Below, piece by piece: positions 63,265-64,000 of a DNA stretch of 64,000 bases. The translations under genes and the position numbers were made by a program. Numbering within the stretch: position 1 is the stretch's first letter; the number at the start of each line of letters is the position of its first letter. Source of the stretch: Octopus vulgaris (lineage: Eukaryota). The stretch spans positions 23,002,001 to 23,066,000 of the forward strand of contig OX597831.1 in the NCBI GenBank assembly GCA_951406725.2, given 5' to 3'. A model generated the notes under the pieces. The model was not told where the DNA came from. It saw only the letters and a program-made list of their open reading frames with translations, and ran no database searches.

Positions 63265-63500
63265 GCCCTTTTAAAGCCTAGCCAGGCTCATGGGCCCAGT
63301 TTCAGTGGCGTATGTGTTCCCTAGCTGGACAGGAGGCCAGTCCATCGCAGTGTTACTCACTTTTGCCAGCTGAGTGAACTGGAGCAACGTGAAATGAAGT
63401 GTTTTGCTCAAAAACACAACGCTTCGCCCAGTCCAGGGATCGAAACCAAAATCTTATGTTCATGATGCTGACACCCTAACCACTAAGCCACGCACCTCCA
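63265..63500 (-). mobile_element. SINE (family D-related)
   Basis: Reverse strand GGAGGTGCGTGGCTTAGTGGTTAGGG..GTTTCGATCCC; shares 3' part with 23185-23483. Confidence 0.75.
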
Positions 63501-63564
63501 CTCAATTATAATAATAATGATAATAATAATATTAATGATAATAATAACAATGATGATGATAATG

Positions 63565-63608
<44 letters not shown>

Positions 63609-63743
63609 GAATTCTTACATTTACATATGATTTCTGTTATCTATTTCAAATATTTCATCTATTTTATTGTTCAGCTTGTTTCAGACAACACAATATTGTT
63701 ATAACATTTTTAACAATTTTCTCCTCCTGACTTTAAAAAGTAA

Positions 63744-63780
<37 letters not shown>

Positions 63781-64000
63781 GGCGGTGGTGGTAGTGGTAG
63801 TGTTGGTGGTGATTAGTGTGCATTTCTCAAACACTTTTAAAGATTTTGGTGATATTGTTTGAAGTACAAGAACAGTAAAAACAACAACAATAATGATAAC
63901 GATGGTGATGATGATGATGATGATGATGATGATAATAATCAGGTGAAGAATATCGAAAGTTTTCTTGTCTAAAATGTTGTGTCCAAGAACAATAAGACTT

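Overview
AT-rich eukaryotic, repeat-saturated DNA. The SINE families, microsatellite load and TE mix resemble an octopus (coleoid cephalopod) genome; this is inferred, not proven. No intact host protein-coding gene is recognisable, and almost all ORFs in the track are microsatellite translations, so the window is probably a large intron or intergenic region. Identifiable content: dozens of copies of four short retroelement families; LINE relics (RTE x3, CR1-like x2, Tx1, R4/Dong x2, a Neptune-type Penelope RT/GIY-YIG); DNA transposon relics (mariner, maT/DD37D, Tc1-like, Merlin/ISXO2, piggyBac-type and Tc1-type MITEs, Helitron/HINE-like); and long simple and higher-order microsatellites. The most notable signal is a dense set of minimal type-I hammerhead ribozyme motifs: three with intact cores, one with a single core change, four with variant cores, and several degenerate or half motifs. 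They lie in short, mutually unrelated Penelope-type terminal fragments that often abut (TA)n tracts and often form inverted (foldback) pairs. Also seen: several long inverted repeats (potential dsRNA/ADAR substrates), a pre-miRNA-like hairpin, a candidate recursive splice site and an RTE end with three C2H2 fingers. All calls were made by eye, with no searches or folding runs; repeat boundaries are approximate.
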